Part shown: piece after piece, positions 37,918 to 46,743 of the stretch | Position numbering within the stretch: the first letter of the stretch is position 1 | Layout: every line of letters begins with the position of its first letter | Program-made: the position numbers and the translations under genes | Source: a virus | Direction: 5' to 3' (one strand) | DNA: 64,000 bases | IMG/VR virus record: IMGVR_UViG_3300007609_000013 | Location: 10,129-74,128 of that record | The notes under the pieces: model-generated | Seen by the model: the letters and a program-made list of their open reading frames with translations, nothing else | Told to the model about the DNA's origin: nothing | The model's database searches: none

Positions 37918-38605
37918 TTTTGCTGTGGTGTGTGTTGGCAAGAAATACAGCACAGACTATGTGGTAAAAATGCGAAACATGATAGAAAGAAATTGCACTC
38001 TACCGCATCAATTTCACGTGTTTACAGATCAAGCATTTGCCTACAAAGATTGTGTGGTTCACCTTGTTCCAGAATTGCCAGTAGAAAAAACTGACCTTAA
38101 AGGCTGGTGGTATAAAATTTATCTATTCGATCAGCACAATGGTTTGTCAGGCAAGGTTTTTTATCTAGATCTAGACTGTGTTATTATCGACAACATAGAT
38201 CATCTCATTGAAGCAGATGATGAATTCTACATCTGCCAAGATTTCAATCGACACAGAATACCTCATATTAAATTGGTCAACAGCAGTGTAATGCAGTGGA
38301 CTGTGAGTGCAAGCACACACAAAATCTGGCAACAATGGCAGGAAAGATCTAGTCTTTATGTAAAAAAACACAGAGGAGATCAAGATTATCTGGCCAATGA
38401 ATGTCCATGGATCACATTTAAATTTAATAATGCACAATCAATAGTCAGCTACAAATGGGAAGTTTGCAACAATCGCCACAACAAGTTAAGTGAACTAGAA
38501 TATAATGCTCTGTATCAACCACAGCATTCTATTTTGGTTTTTCATGGTAAGCCTGATCCTCATGAAGTTAATAGCGATGCAATAATAAAAAATGCATGGA
38601 GATAA
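37910..38605 (+). CDS. glycosyltransferase-like protein
   Basis: G.KY...YV, GWWYK, LDLD, NSSVM, GDQ, FHG.P.P. Confidence 0.75.
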   Translation: MINFAVVCVGKKYSTDYVVKMRNMIERNCTLPHQFHVFTDQAFAYKDCVVHLVPELPVEKTDLKGWWYKIYLFDQHNGLSGKVFYLDLDCVIIDNIDHLIEADDEFYICQDFNRHRIPHIKLVNSSVMQWTVSASTHKIWQQWQERSSLYVKKHRGDQDYLANECPWITFKFNNAQSIVSYKWEVCNNRHNKLSELEYNALYQPQHSILVFHGKPDPHEVNSDAIIKNAWR

Positions 38606-38646
38606 AAATGAGATCAACGTTTTCAAAAATAGAACAGTTTAAAAAT

Positions 38647-39591
38647 CTATCTCTTTGTACCTACTAGCAATTGCAATTCTTGGTCTAATTTCTGCACAAT
38701 AGTATTTGGCAAATCAAGTGCAGCCCGTTGATTGTACTCTGGGTAGGGATCTATAGGGTTGGGATTTAGTGCTAGGGCCAGCTGAAATCTTTCGTCATTT
38801 TCTGCTTTGTCAAATGCTGTGTCCAGGTAGTCCACATTGAATCCATAGTACTGTAGATGTTTACAATAATTTTTTTGACACAATGGAACCACGGCCTGTT
38901 TTGCCAAAAATGGCTGTATGGTTTTTTCTGTGATAAAACTATAAGGATCAAAATAACTGGTTTCAACTAGGTAGTTCGTGGATGCTTGTTGATAATTTTT
39001 CACAAGACTGATAAAGTTGTGTACATTAACATCTCTGTCCGTTGTTTGGCTGCACCAATAATTATTGTATTCTATTCCTGGGTACTTGGGTTCTATGCCC
39101 ACTTGTTGTAAGCTAATATTGAGATTGGCAAAACCTTCCTTGATTAGGTAGTTGTATATTAAAATTCTATGATGTCGCCGTTGCCGCATCAAGCACAATT
39201 TTTCGTCATTGGATCTATCTGGGTTTTCGAAATAATGCAAGTACAGGTGTTTGTTTTCTCTAAAAGCACATGCATTGCCGTGCAAAACATGATTATGGTA
39301 GATCATATTGAGATGTGGGTAAAATTCTGGCATTTTCCAGTGTGGCACATAAAAATAATATCTATGTATGTCTGGAATATTTTGTTGGTACCACTCTATT
39401 TCCAAGCATGTAGAATCTTTCCATGTGAGATTGTCTTGAAATACTATGTGTTTGGTTTTTTTATCTGCAGGAAATTTGTTTTCCAAAGGCCACATTTCCC
39501 TATCAAAAGGAAATCCTAGAGGAGCGAAATCAATGTAAATGTTCGTACCAAAATATTTTTCAATAATTTGTTGTGTGTGTTCGTTGTGCAT
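38647..39591 (-). CDS. hypothetical protein (GT10-like C-terminal motif)
   Basis: VET....FITEKT..P. Confidence 0.55.
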   Translation of the reverse strand: MHNEHTQQIIEKYFGTNIYIDFAPLGFPFDREMWPLENKFPADKKTKHIVFQDNLTWKDSTCLEIEWYQQNIPDIHRYYFYVPHWKMPEFYPHLNMIYHNHVLHGNACAFRENKHLYLHYFENPDRSNDEKLCLMRQRRHHRILIYNYLIKEGFANLNISLQQVGIEPKYPGIEYNNYWCSQTTDRDVNVHNFISLVKNYQQASTNYLVETSYFDPYSFITEKTIQPFLAKQAVVPLCQKNYCKHLQYYGFNVDYLDTAFDKAENDERFQLALALNPNPIDPYPEYNQRAALDLPNTIVQKLDQELQLLVGTKR

Positions 39592-39605
39592 CGGTAAATA
39601 TTTAT

Positions 39606-39869
39606 ATGGAAGACCATGGCAAGATTCAACAAACCAAAGACGCTCTCTACGATCTAGTAGATTTGCACGGCGCATACAGTGTCGAAACCATCGATCAAAT
39701 TCTAGAAAATGTCATGCAAGGCAGTGATTTAGAAACTGCCACAGACACACTCACAATGGCAATAAGTTGCTATATGTACCATCAGCGAACCGGAACTCAA
39801 ACAGATCTTGACAAGTCCTTGTTGTTTCTCCGCGAGTTAGAAAACAAAATTTCACAAAACATACATTGA
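39606..39869 (+). CDS. hypothetical protein
   Basis: ATG 5 nt after TAAATA. Confidence 0.5.
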   Translation: MEDHGKIQQTKDALYDLVDLHGAYSVETIDQILENVMQGSDLETATDTLTMAISCYMYHQRTGTQTDLDKSLLFLRELENKISQNIH

Positions 39870-39934
39870 CCGGTTGACCTTTGCTGCACATGTGCTATAC
39901 TTAGTTTGTAGGGTAAAGCAAAGAGGAAACAATC

Positions 39935-40294
39935 ATGTCGAATTCAGTAGAAACAATGTTAGTGCAGTCTGCGCATGAAAAAGCACTTCAAGCTGCTCGT
40001 AATACTGCCCAAGCGTTTGCAGACAAACACTTTGGCGGTGGCGACGGTGGTGCTTGTGGGTTTGGCTGGGTTGAAGTTTACGGTGTCAAAGGCAATACAC
40101 GTCTTGGCAAAGCATTAAAAGCTGTGGGCTTTGATAAAAGTTACACAGGCAATCTTCAACTTTGGAATGGTCGTAACGGCTGGTATTTTGGGCAAAGTGT
40201 TGATGCCGCAGAAGCTGGTGCACGAGCTTATGCAGATGTATTCAAGTCGGAACTTGGACTTGAAAAAGTGTATCCAGGTTCACGGTTAGACTAG
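39935..40294 (+). CDS. conserved early phage protein
   Basis: GACGFGWV, C-terminal SRLD; TTGACC-N16-TATACT promoter and AGAGGA RBS. Confidence 0.75.
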   Translation: MSNSVETMLVQSAHEKALQAARNTAQAFADKHFGGGDGGACGFGWVEVYGVKGNTRLGKALKAVGFDKSYTGNLQLWNGRNGWYFGQSVDAAEAGARAYADVFKSELGLEKVYPGSRLD

Positions 40295-40302
40295 GATTTG
40301 TT

Positions 40303-40512
40303 ATGTTTCAATTGGGTGATCAAATAGTGTTTGACCAAAACGGTAAACAGGTGCAAGGAATGGTGCTTCGCACTATCAGTTGGGAAGATGATGAAATATT
40401 CTATCTTGTACAATTGCCCAACGGTGACAGAGTGAGCATTCCTGTAAACGAACAAACTAAACCAGCAGGGGACGACAATGTCTGCTATCCAGGCAGTGAC
40501 TGCCAAGTCTAA
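40303..40512 (+). CDS. small SH3-like protein
   Basis: FQLGD.I.F; AGGA RBS. Confidence 0.55.
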   Translation: MFQLGDQIVFDQNGKQVQGMVLRTISWEDDEIFYLVQLPNGDRVSIPVNEQTKPAGDDNVCYPGSDCQV

Positions 40513-40666
40513 ACTAGACGAAGTGATCTATGAAAATTTTGTTAAATATCACGTGGAAAATCGTGTGTTTAGCTATCGCGAGTATCGCAATATGGTTCTA
40601 CAAGATCCAGACCACGTGAAAGATCTTGAGCGCACTATTGCCAAAGGAAAACTAGAAAATGTTTGA
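40478..40666 (+). CDS. hypothetical protein
   Basis: GGGGA RBS, operon context. Confidence 0.5.
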   Translation: MSAIQAVTAKSKLDEVIYENFVKYHVENRVFSYREYRNMVLQDPDHVKDLERTIAKGKLENV

Positions 40667-40835
40667 ATTGTATGCACTATTTTTTGTTATTCTTGCAGCC
40701 AACACATACTTTGTGTATCGCAGTGCTTTCACTCAAGGTTATGTAGCAGGAGTGCTGGACGCAGATCAAGTGCAAGAAGAAATTGAAAAAGTTTTTGCAA
40801 AAAATTTGCAAAAAGAACTTGACAAAGACAGCTAA
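40659..40835 (+). CDS. small membrane protein, absent from the ORF track
   Basis: MFELYALFFVILAANTYFVYRS...; AAGGA RBS. Confidence 0.55.
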   Translation: MFELYALFFVILAANTYFVYRSAFTQGYVAGVLDADQVQEEIEKVFAKNLQKELDKDS

Positions 40836-40879
40836 TCTGTTACTATATGTGTGTAGGTTAACAAAGAGGAACACACAAA

Positions 40880-41674
40880 ATGGGCAAAGTCACAGCACTG
40901 CCAGTTTGCGATGAAACTCGCAAAAAAGAAATTGCCGAGCGTTTTGACATTTTACACGAAATGACTCGTGCAACCATTGAAGGCAACATTCGTGCAATGA
41001 TCGTAACGGGTCCGCCGGGTGTAGGTAAAAGTTTTGGTATTACCGAAGAGCTTGAAAAAATGAATTTGTTTCGAGACATTGGCGGACAAAAAGCTCGATA
41101 CCAAGTGGTAAAAGGTGCAATGACAGCACTAGGACTTTATTGCAAGCTGTATGAGTTTGCAGACAAAGGCAATATTCTAGTGTTTGATGATTGCGACAGT
41201 ATTTTGCAAGACGAGCTGAGTCTAAATATTCTAAAAGCGGCACTGGACAGCGGCAAAAAGCGTAGAATTTTTTGGAACACAGACAGTCGTAAACTGGACA
41301 ATGACGGTATTCCTAACAGTTTCGACTTTCACGGCAGTGTGATATTTGTAACAAACATCAAGTTTGAAAATATCCGCAGTAAAAAAATGCGAGATCATTT
41401 GGAAGCACTGGAATCTCGTTGTCACTATTTGGATCTAACACTGGATACACAGCGAGACAAGTTTTTGAGAATTGAGCAAATTGCAGAAACAGGCGCTTTA
41501 TTTAGAGATTATAAGTTCGATGACGAAGGCGAAGAAGTGCTGGAGTTTATGAAAACAAACAAAGACCGTTTGCGAGAAATCAGTTTGCGAATGGCAGTGA
41601 AAATTGCGGATTTGCGTAAAAGCACACCGCGTTGGAAGGAAACTGCACAGGTCACATGTATGCGTAGAGGGTGA
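40880..41674 (+). CDS. AAA+ ATPase
   Basis: GPPGVGKS, VFDDCD, LKAALD, ALESR; TTGACA-N16-TACTAT promoter. Confidence 0.85.
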   Translation: MGKVTALPVCDETRKKEIAERFDILHEMTRATIEGNIRAMIVTGPPGVGKSFGITEELEKMNLFRDIGGQKARYQVVKGAMTALGLYCKLYEFADKGNILVFDDCDSILQDELSLNILKAALDSGKKRRIFWNTDSRKLDNDGIPNSFDFHGSVIFVTNIKFENIRSKKMRDHLEALESRCHYLDLTLDTQRDKFLRIEQIAETGALFRDYKFDDEGEEVLEFMKTNKDRLREISLRMAVKIADLRKSTPRWKETAQVTCMRRG

Positions 41675-41681
41675 CACTAGT

Positions 41682-41765
41682 GGTTAGAGGGGAAACACCA
41701 GTTGAAACTGCCCCGACTTGCTCCTCTAACCTAACCTACACCCTCAACTAGAGTCGGGCGTTTCA
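41682..41765 (+). ncRNA. candidate H-type pseudoknot in the 3' UTR
   Basis: 41682-92 pairs with 41721-31; 41703-18 pairs with 41752-65. Confidence 0.45.
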
Positions 41766-41792
41766 CAGGGCACCTTCGGGTGCCCTGTTCTT
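41765..41792 (+). terminator. intrinsic terminator
   Basis: ACAGGGCACC-TTCG-GGTGCCCTGT followed by TCTT. Confidence 0.85.
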
Positions 41793-41804
41793 ATTGAGTA
41801 GAGT

Positions 41805-42809
41805 ATGTACGTAGAAGATTACATAGATTTATTAGCAGGAAAGATTGCTTGCGAGCACTGCAACAACTATGATATTGTAAAACTTGCAAAATACGATTAT
41901 AGCCCTGTGAGAAATATTTCTCGAATTGTAGAATCTGACAGAGGACTGTCAGATCGCCAACGAGAACTTGCAATAAAAATTGTGCATACCTATCGTCGTC
42001 AATTTGCCAAACACGGTTACGACTGTGAGCACGTTGTTGAAAATCCCAAATGGAGAAGTCCACTAAGAACAGTTGATAGAACCAAGCTGGTTTGTATCAA
42101 GGACCACAGGTTGACAGTTAAATTTCCATTTGAACCCACAATGGTAGACCATTTTAGAAATCTACAGAGATATAGTTCAGAAAAATATCCTTGGATAGGC
42201 GAAATTGAGTGGAACAAAACTGAAAAACACTGGACTTTTTGTTTGACAGAACACAATATGCTGGGAATTTACAACCTAACAAAAAATAAAAATTTTGAAT
42301 ATTGTAATAATTTTAACACTATCATAACTAAAATTTTAAAGGTCAAAAAAAGCAAAAACGCTTACCAAATAATCTGTGACATTGTGGATGGAAAAATCAA
42401 AATACACAATGCCAGTGAAAGTCTGCAACAGTCATTTGATGCACAAGTCACAGGAGACTTGTTGCTGGATATCGGGCTTGCCAAACGCTTAGGAGTAAAC
42501 AAGTATAGTTTGTCTGTGTTAAGATATCTCCGCAAGAAAAATCCTTTGCTGGTAAAACTGGTGGCAAAAAGAGTTCTGTGGTTTAAAAAATCCAGTTCGT
42601 TGCATGAAATAAGTGCACTGGCAGACGATATAGGACTGTTGCCCATGGGGAATCACACACACTATGATCCTCCAAAATCTGTTTTTTTCAAAGAAACAAT
42701 CTACGGATTGAAATCAAAATATCTTGAACAAAGGGTATCACTTGTGTTATACTGTACTCAATATGCGCCATGGGGTATTGAAGACGCATATTACTTGGAA
42801 GGTTATTAA
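41805..42809 (+). CDS. hypothetical protein upstream of uvsW
   Basis: 334-aa ORF, LSDRQ..LA.KI..TYRRQ. Confidence 0.7.
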   Translation: MYVEDYIDLLAGKIACEHCNNYDIVKLAKYDYSPVRNISRIVESDRGLSDRQRELAIKIVHTYRRQFAKHGYDCEHVVENPKWRSPLRTVDRTKLVCIKDHRLTVKFPFEPTMVDHFRNLQRYSSEKYPWIGEIEWNKTEKHWTFCLTEHNMLGIYNLTKNKNFEYCNNFNTIITKILKVKKSKNAYQIICDIVDGKIKIHNASESLQQSFDAQVTGDLLLDIGLAKRLGVNKYSLSVLRYLRKKNPLLVKLVAKRVLWFKKSSSLHEISALADDIGLLPMGNHTHYDPPKSVFFKETIYGLKSKYLEQRVSLVLYCTQYAPWGIEDAYYLEGY

Positions 42810-43834
42810 TGGCTACGGCAAAAATTATTGTCAAAGACGAAGTAAACTGTAAGATCGAAGGTCTCGATCTCATGGATCGCAAAAAACTTGTGCAGAAGTT
42901 CAAGTATGAAGTTCCATATGCAAGACATTTGCCTGCTGTAAAGTTGGGTAGGTGGGACGGAAAAATAGCATTTTTTCAAATGGGCGGAAGCACATACATC
43001 AATCTATTGCCGGATATTTTGCCTTACTTGGACCAAGCTGGATATGATATTGAGCTAGAAGATTACAGAGAATACAAAACAGATTTTGAGTTTGAAAAAA
43101 TCACCGAGCACAGTTACAATGATAGAGTATGGCCGCCAAAGCATCCAGCAGAAGGCCAGCCTATTACACTGAGAGACTATCAAGTGGATGTGGTTAATAA
43201 ATTTTTGCAAAATCCACAGAGTCTACAGGAAGTGTCAACAGGTGCCGGAAAAACCATTATGACTGCTGTGCTCAGCGACCAGTGCGAAAAGTATGGCAGA
43301 ACAATTGTGATTGTGCCCAACAAGGATCTTGTGAGCCAAACAGAAGCTGATTACAAAAACATGGGACTGGACGTTGGAGTGTTCTATGGAAGCAAAAAAG
43401 AGTTTGGCAAAACACACACAATCTGCACATGGCAAAGTTTAAACAGTTTGCTTAAAAAGACCAAAAACCAAGAAGCTCCTATCACAATTGGAGAGTTCTT
43501 AGAGGACGTGGTAGCAGTCATAGTGGATGAATGTTTTGATGGAGATACTCTTATTACTACGACTCGAGGCAAAACGCCTATTAAAAATTTGAAAGTAGGC
43601 GATAAAATAATAAATCTCTGCGAAAAAACAAAACAATATAAAGAAGATACCGTTGCCAAAGTTCATAAAAATCTAACACACAGCGAAAGTGAAAAGATGT
43701 TAGAATTGGAATTTGACAACGGTATAAAAACTCAAGTCACTGCTAATCACAAATTTCTAACAAACAAAGGATGGATTAGAGCAGACGAATTAACAGATAA
43801 TTTAGAAATTATTGACATAAATACATACGGCTAA
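42809..43834 (+). CDS. uvsW: UvsW-like SF2 helicase N-terminal half plus split intein N-fragment
   Basis: LRDYQ, STGAGKT, VIVDE then CFDGDTLI...TANHKF (intein blocks A/B) from 43532. Confidence 0.9.
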   Translation: MATAKIIVKDEVNCKIEGLDLMDRKKLVQKFKYEVPYARHLPAVKLGRWDGKIAFFQMGGSTYINLLPDILPYLDQAGYDIELEDYREYKTDFEFEKITEHSYNDRVWPPKHPAEGQPITLRDYQVDVVNKFLQNPQSLQEVSTGAGKTIMTAVLSDQCEKYGRTIVIVPNKDLVSQTEADYKNMGLDVGVFYGSKKEFGKTHTICTWQSLNSLLKKTKNQEAPITIGEFLEDVVAVIVDECFDGDTLITTTRGKTPIKNLKVGDKIINLCEKTKQYKEDTVAKVHKNLTHSESEKMLELEFDNGIKTQVTANHKFLTNKGWIRADELTDNLEIIDINTYG

Positions 43835-44847
43835 AGGAGATGTATTTATGGCAAAGCAGTTCGATACGGAACGATTTAATAGAATTTTGAGAGAACACAA
43901 CCAACAACTTCGCGCAGAAAAAATAACTGGTAAGCAAGTTGTTTTATCAAATGGGCTTGTTTTAGATTTGAAAAAAGAAGTTGATCGTTGTAAAAAAAGA
44001 GTTTTGTCAGGACACGATATTTGGAAAAATAATTTCGATCAATTATATTCACTTGATCAACACAAAAGAATTTCTACAGAAGCAGAATGTAAAAGTTTAA
44101 TATCAAAAATTGGAGGTATAAACTGTCAAAGAAAGCATGGCGAAAAAGTAAAGTTCAATTTGAATACCGGTATTCCGTGGAATAAAGGAACCAAAGGAAA
44201 TTACCCTTATTCTCATCAACATTCTAAACAGACCAAGGAAAAAATAAGTAATGCCAATCTTGGACAAAAAAACGGAATGTTTGGCAAGAAACTCTCTGCA
44301 GAACAAAAAGCAGAAAAAAGTAAAAAAATGAAAGAATTAATTTTGTCAGGTAAATTTACTCCTAACTCCAACAACAGAAACACTCATTGGGAATCTTTTT
44401 ATAATAACAAAAAATATAGAAGTTCTTGGGAAGCATTGTATCAGTATTTGGACAATCAGGCAGAATACGAAACGCTCAGAATTCCTTATATTTTTGACAA
44501 TCAAAATTATGTTTACATTGTAGATTTTGTAAACCATGAAACTAAAACAGTAGTTGAAGTAAAACCACAAGAACTTATTAATGACAAAAAAACACAGGCA
44601 AAAATATCTGCCGCAAAAAAATGGTGCAACGATAACGGATACGTATTTGTGTTAGCAGATAAGAATTATTTTATTTCTCGTCCAATACCTAAGGATTTAA
44701 CAGGGTTTGATATTAAAACTCAAAATAAAATTAGGAAAATTTATGAAATTGGTTAACAAAAAAGAAATTGAAAAACCACAAGAAACATATAATTTGCACA
44801 TAGAACAGGATCATAATTACATTGCAAATGATGCTGTAGTATCAAAT
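43532..44847 (+). mobile_element. split intein with an intervening free-standing endonuclease gene
   Basis: IntN 43532-43831, endonuclease 43848-44756, IntC 44743-44847; AT-richer than flanks. Confidence 0.88.
43848..44756 (+). CDS. putative homing endonuclease: NUMOD3-like repeats plus TnsA/gp4-like nuclease
   Basis: PWNKG, HS..TK.KIS, YRSSWE, IPY, YIVDF, VEVKP, K..AA..WC; own TAAATA and AAGGAG. Confidence 0.8.
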   Translation: MAKQFDTERFNRILREHNQQLRAEKITGKQVVLSNGLVLDLKKEVDRCKKRVLSGHDIWKNNFDQLYSLDQHKRISTEAECKSLISKIGGINCQRKHGEKVKFNLNTGIPWNKGTKGNYPYSHQHSKQTKEKISNANLGQKNGMFGKKLSAEQKAEKSKKMKELILSGKFTPNSNNRNTHWESFYNNKKYRSSWEALYQYLDNQAEYETLRIPYIFDNQNYVYIVDFVNHETKTVVEVKPQELINDKKTQAKISAAKKWCNDNGYVFVLADKNYFISRPIPKDLTGFDIKTQNKIRKIYEIG

Positions 44848-45585
44848 TGCCACCAAGCCAAAGCAGATGCTCTAAAAACACTGCTCACAGGTGTGATGTC
44901 GCACATACCCATTAGATGGGGACTCACTGGCACAGTACCAAAGGAAGACTTTGAATTTGTGGGCATTAAAGTTTCTCTTGGAGATGTGATCAATCGTGTT
45001 GCAGCCAGCGATCTGCAAAGCAAAGGCGTGCTGGCAAACTGTCATGTTAATATTGTGCAAATGATTGATCATGCCGAGTATCGCGATTATCAAAGTGAAC
45101 AAAAATACTTGCTCACAGATGATGCCAGATTGGACTACATCAGCACACTTGTACAGGAAGTGAGAAACACAGGCAATACACTTATATTGGTAGACAGAAT
45201 CAGCTCGGGCCAGGCACTGGTAGATAAAATACCAGGCGCGGTGTTTATATCTGGCGAAGTAAAAAGCGAACAACGCAAAGAACACTATGATGAAATTGCA
45301 GACACACAGGACAAAGTGATTGTTGCCACATACGGAGTCGCTGCTGTTGGCATTAATATACCTCGCATCTTTAATCTTGTGCTTATTGAACCAGGCAAGA
45401 GTTTTGTTCGAGTGATTCAAAGCATAGGCAGAGGCGTAAGAAAAGCCAAGGACAAAGACTTTGTACAGATATGGGATATCACCAGTACTTGCAAGTTTGC
45501 CAAGCGACATTTGACCAAACGAAAACAGTTTTACAAAGAAGCGAACTATCCATTTGCAATTGAAAAGGTAGATTGGAAACTATGA
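44743..45585 (+). CDS. uvsW: split intein C-fragment plus UvsW C-terminal half
   Basis: MKLV...TYNLHIEQDHNYIANDAVVSN|CHQ; GLTGT, ATYG.AAVGINIP, QSIGR. Confidence 0.9.
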   Translation: MKLVNKKEIEKPQETYNLHIEQDHNYIANDAVVSNCHQAKADALKTLLTGVMSHIPIRWGLTGTVPKEDFEFVGIKVSLGDVINRVAASDLQSKGVLANCHVNIVQMIDHAEYRDYQSEQKYLLTDDARLDYISTLVQEVRNTGNTLILVDRISSGQALVDKIPGAVFISGEVKSEQRKEHYDEIADTQDKVIVATYGVAAVGINIPRIFNLVLIEPGKSFVRVIQSIGRGVRKAKDKDFVQIWDITSTCKFAKRHLTKRKQFYKEANYPFAIEKVDWKL

Positions 45586-46238
45586 CGAAACCAACATTGT
45601 TAATTTCTGGGGATAGCTATATGGCTCTTCATAAAGACGGAATAGGCACACCAGAAAGTGTAGAGAAAGATAATCAAATTCATTGGTCTAGACATTTAGA
45701 TCCTTATTTTGAAATCCAAAATGTAGCAAAGGCAGGAAGTTCAAACACTTCAATTGTGTATAGGCTGGTAGAGGCAATTAAAAAACAAAAACCAGACTAC
45801 ATTCTAATAGGATTCACTGATTATGCTAGACTAGAGTACAATAAATATGAGACTAATTGTCATCCTAGCATACAGAAAGATAAATCTGCATACAATGCCT
45901 GGAAACAGTATATCAAATATGCAGACGATGATTACATGCGATATAAAAGTATGGCGATTATCGAATATGCGGTTACCTTAGCAAGATCAATTGCTCCAAC
46001 ATGTTTTGCTCTTAACCTGTTAAACCCATCGGACAGCGACTGGTCATTTTACAACAAACACCAGTTTATGATTAATTTTGAGAAAGAATCTTTGCCGGTG
46101 AATTTAAGTGATTATCCAGAAATTAGTTTAAACGACCCTAATTGGAAAAGTTTTCATGTGGTCGACCCAAAGGTTCACGAAAAATTTGCTGAAACTATCC
46201 TAGACGAATTCAACATTTGCAAATCAGACAAGGTATAA
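45582..46238 (+). CDS. SGNH-like protein
   Basis: SGDSY, NVAKAGSSN, FH......H. Confidence 0.6.
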   Translation: MTKPTLLISGDSYMALHKDGIGTPESVEKDNQIHWSRHLDPYFEIQNVAKAGSSNTSIVYRLVEAIKKQKPDYILIGFTDYARLEYNKYETNCHPSIQKDKSAYNAWKQYIKYADDDYMRYKSMAIIEYAVTLARSIAPTCFALNLLNPSDSDWSFYNKHQFMINFEKESLPVNLSDYPEISLNDPNWKSFHVVDPKVHEKFAETILDEFNICKSDKV

Positions 46239-46242
46239 CAAA

Positions 46243-46743
46243 ATGAAAATATTAACACTTGAACATGGCATTTATGAATTAGATCAGATACCCGACGAAG
46301 TAGATGATCTAAGATTTGCTATCCTAGACAACAGCAATCCAAAAGAACCCGACTACTATTTTGTGCCTATGATATTTTTAGAATCATTTAGTGCACCTGC
46401 TTTGGTATTGCAAATTGGCAACAAACAAGTTAAAATGCCAGTTGACTGGAAAATTGTTATCGGCGAAGAGGATCACGGAGACCTAGAAGTTATGCCGTTG
46501 ACCAGTATCAATGACAGAGATTTCAAAGCATTTGAATTCAATCCGTTGGGTGCATATTCTCCTACATACTTGCCAATTGATCTGATTGATGTTTACACTG
46601 AAGTGAAGTGGTATTTTCCCAAACTAAAAAGCGGACAAATTTTGTGTGTGCCACTGACTGATGATGCAAATTCACCTTGTGTGTATTTTGTAAAAGAAAT
46701 CACCAAGACCAGCGAAGTTATTGACATCACAAAGGCTTGGTAA
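46243..46743 (+). CDS. conserved hypothetical protein
   Basis: LDNSNP..PDY.F.P.IFLESF, KWYFPKLK. Confidence 0.7.
   Translation: MKILTLEHGIYELDQIPDEVDDLRFAILDNSNPKEPDYYFVPMIFLESFSAPALVLQIGNKQVKMPVDWKIVIGEEDHGDLEVMPLTSINDRDFKAFEFNPLGAYSPTYLPIDLIDVYTEVKWYFPKLKSGQILCVPLTDDANSPCVYFVKEITKTSEVIDITKAW

Noticed and set aside
41672-41680. Pseudoknot-stimulated readthrough of the ATPase UGA
   Set aside because: An in-frame TAG follows after one codon.
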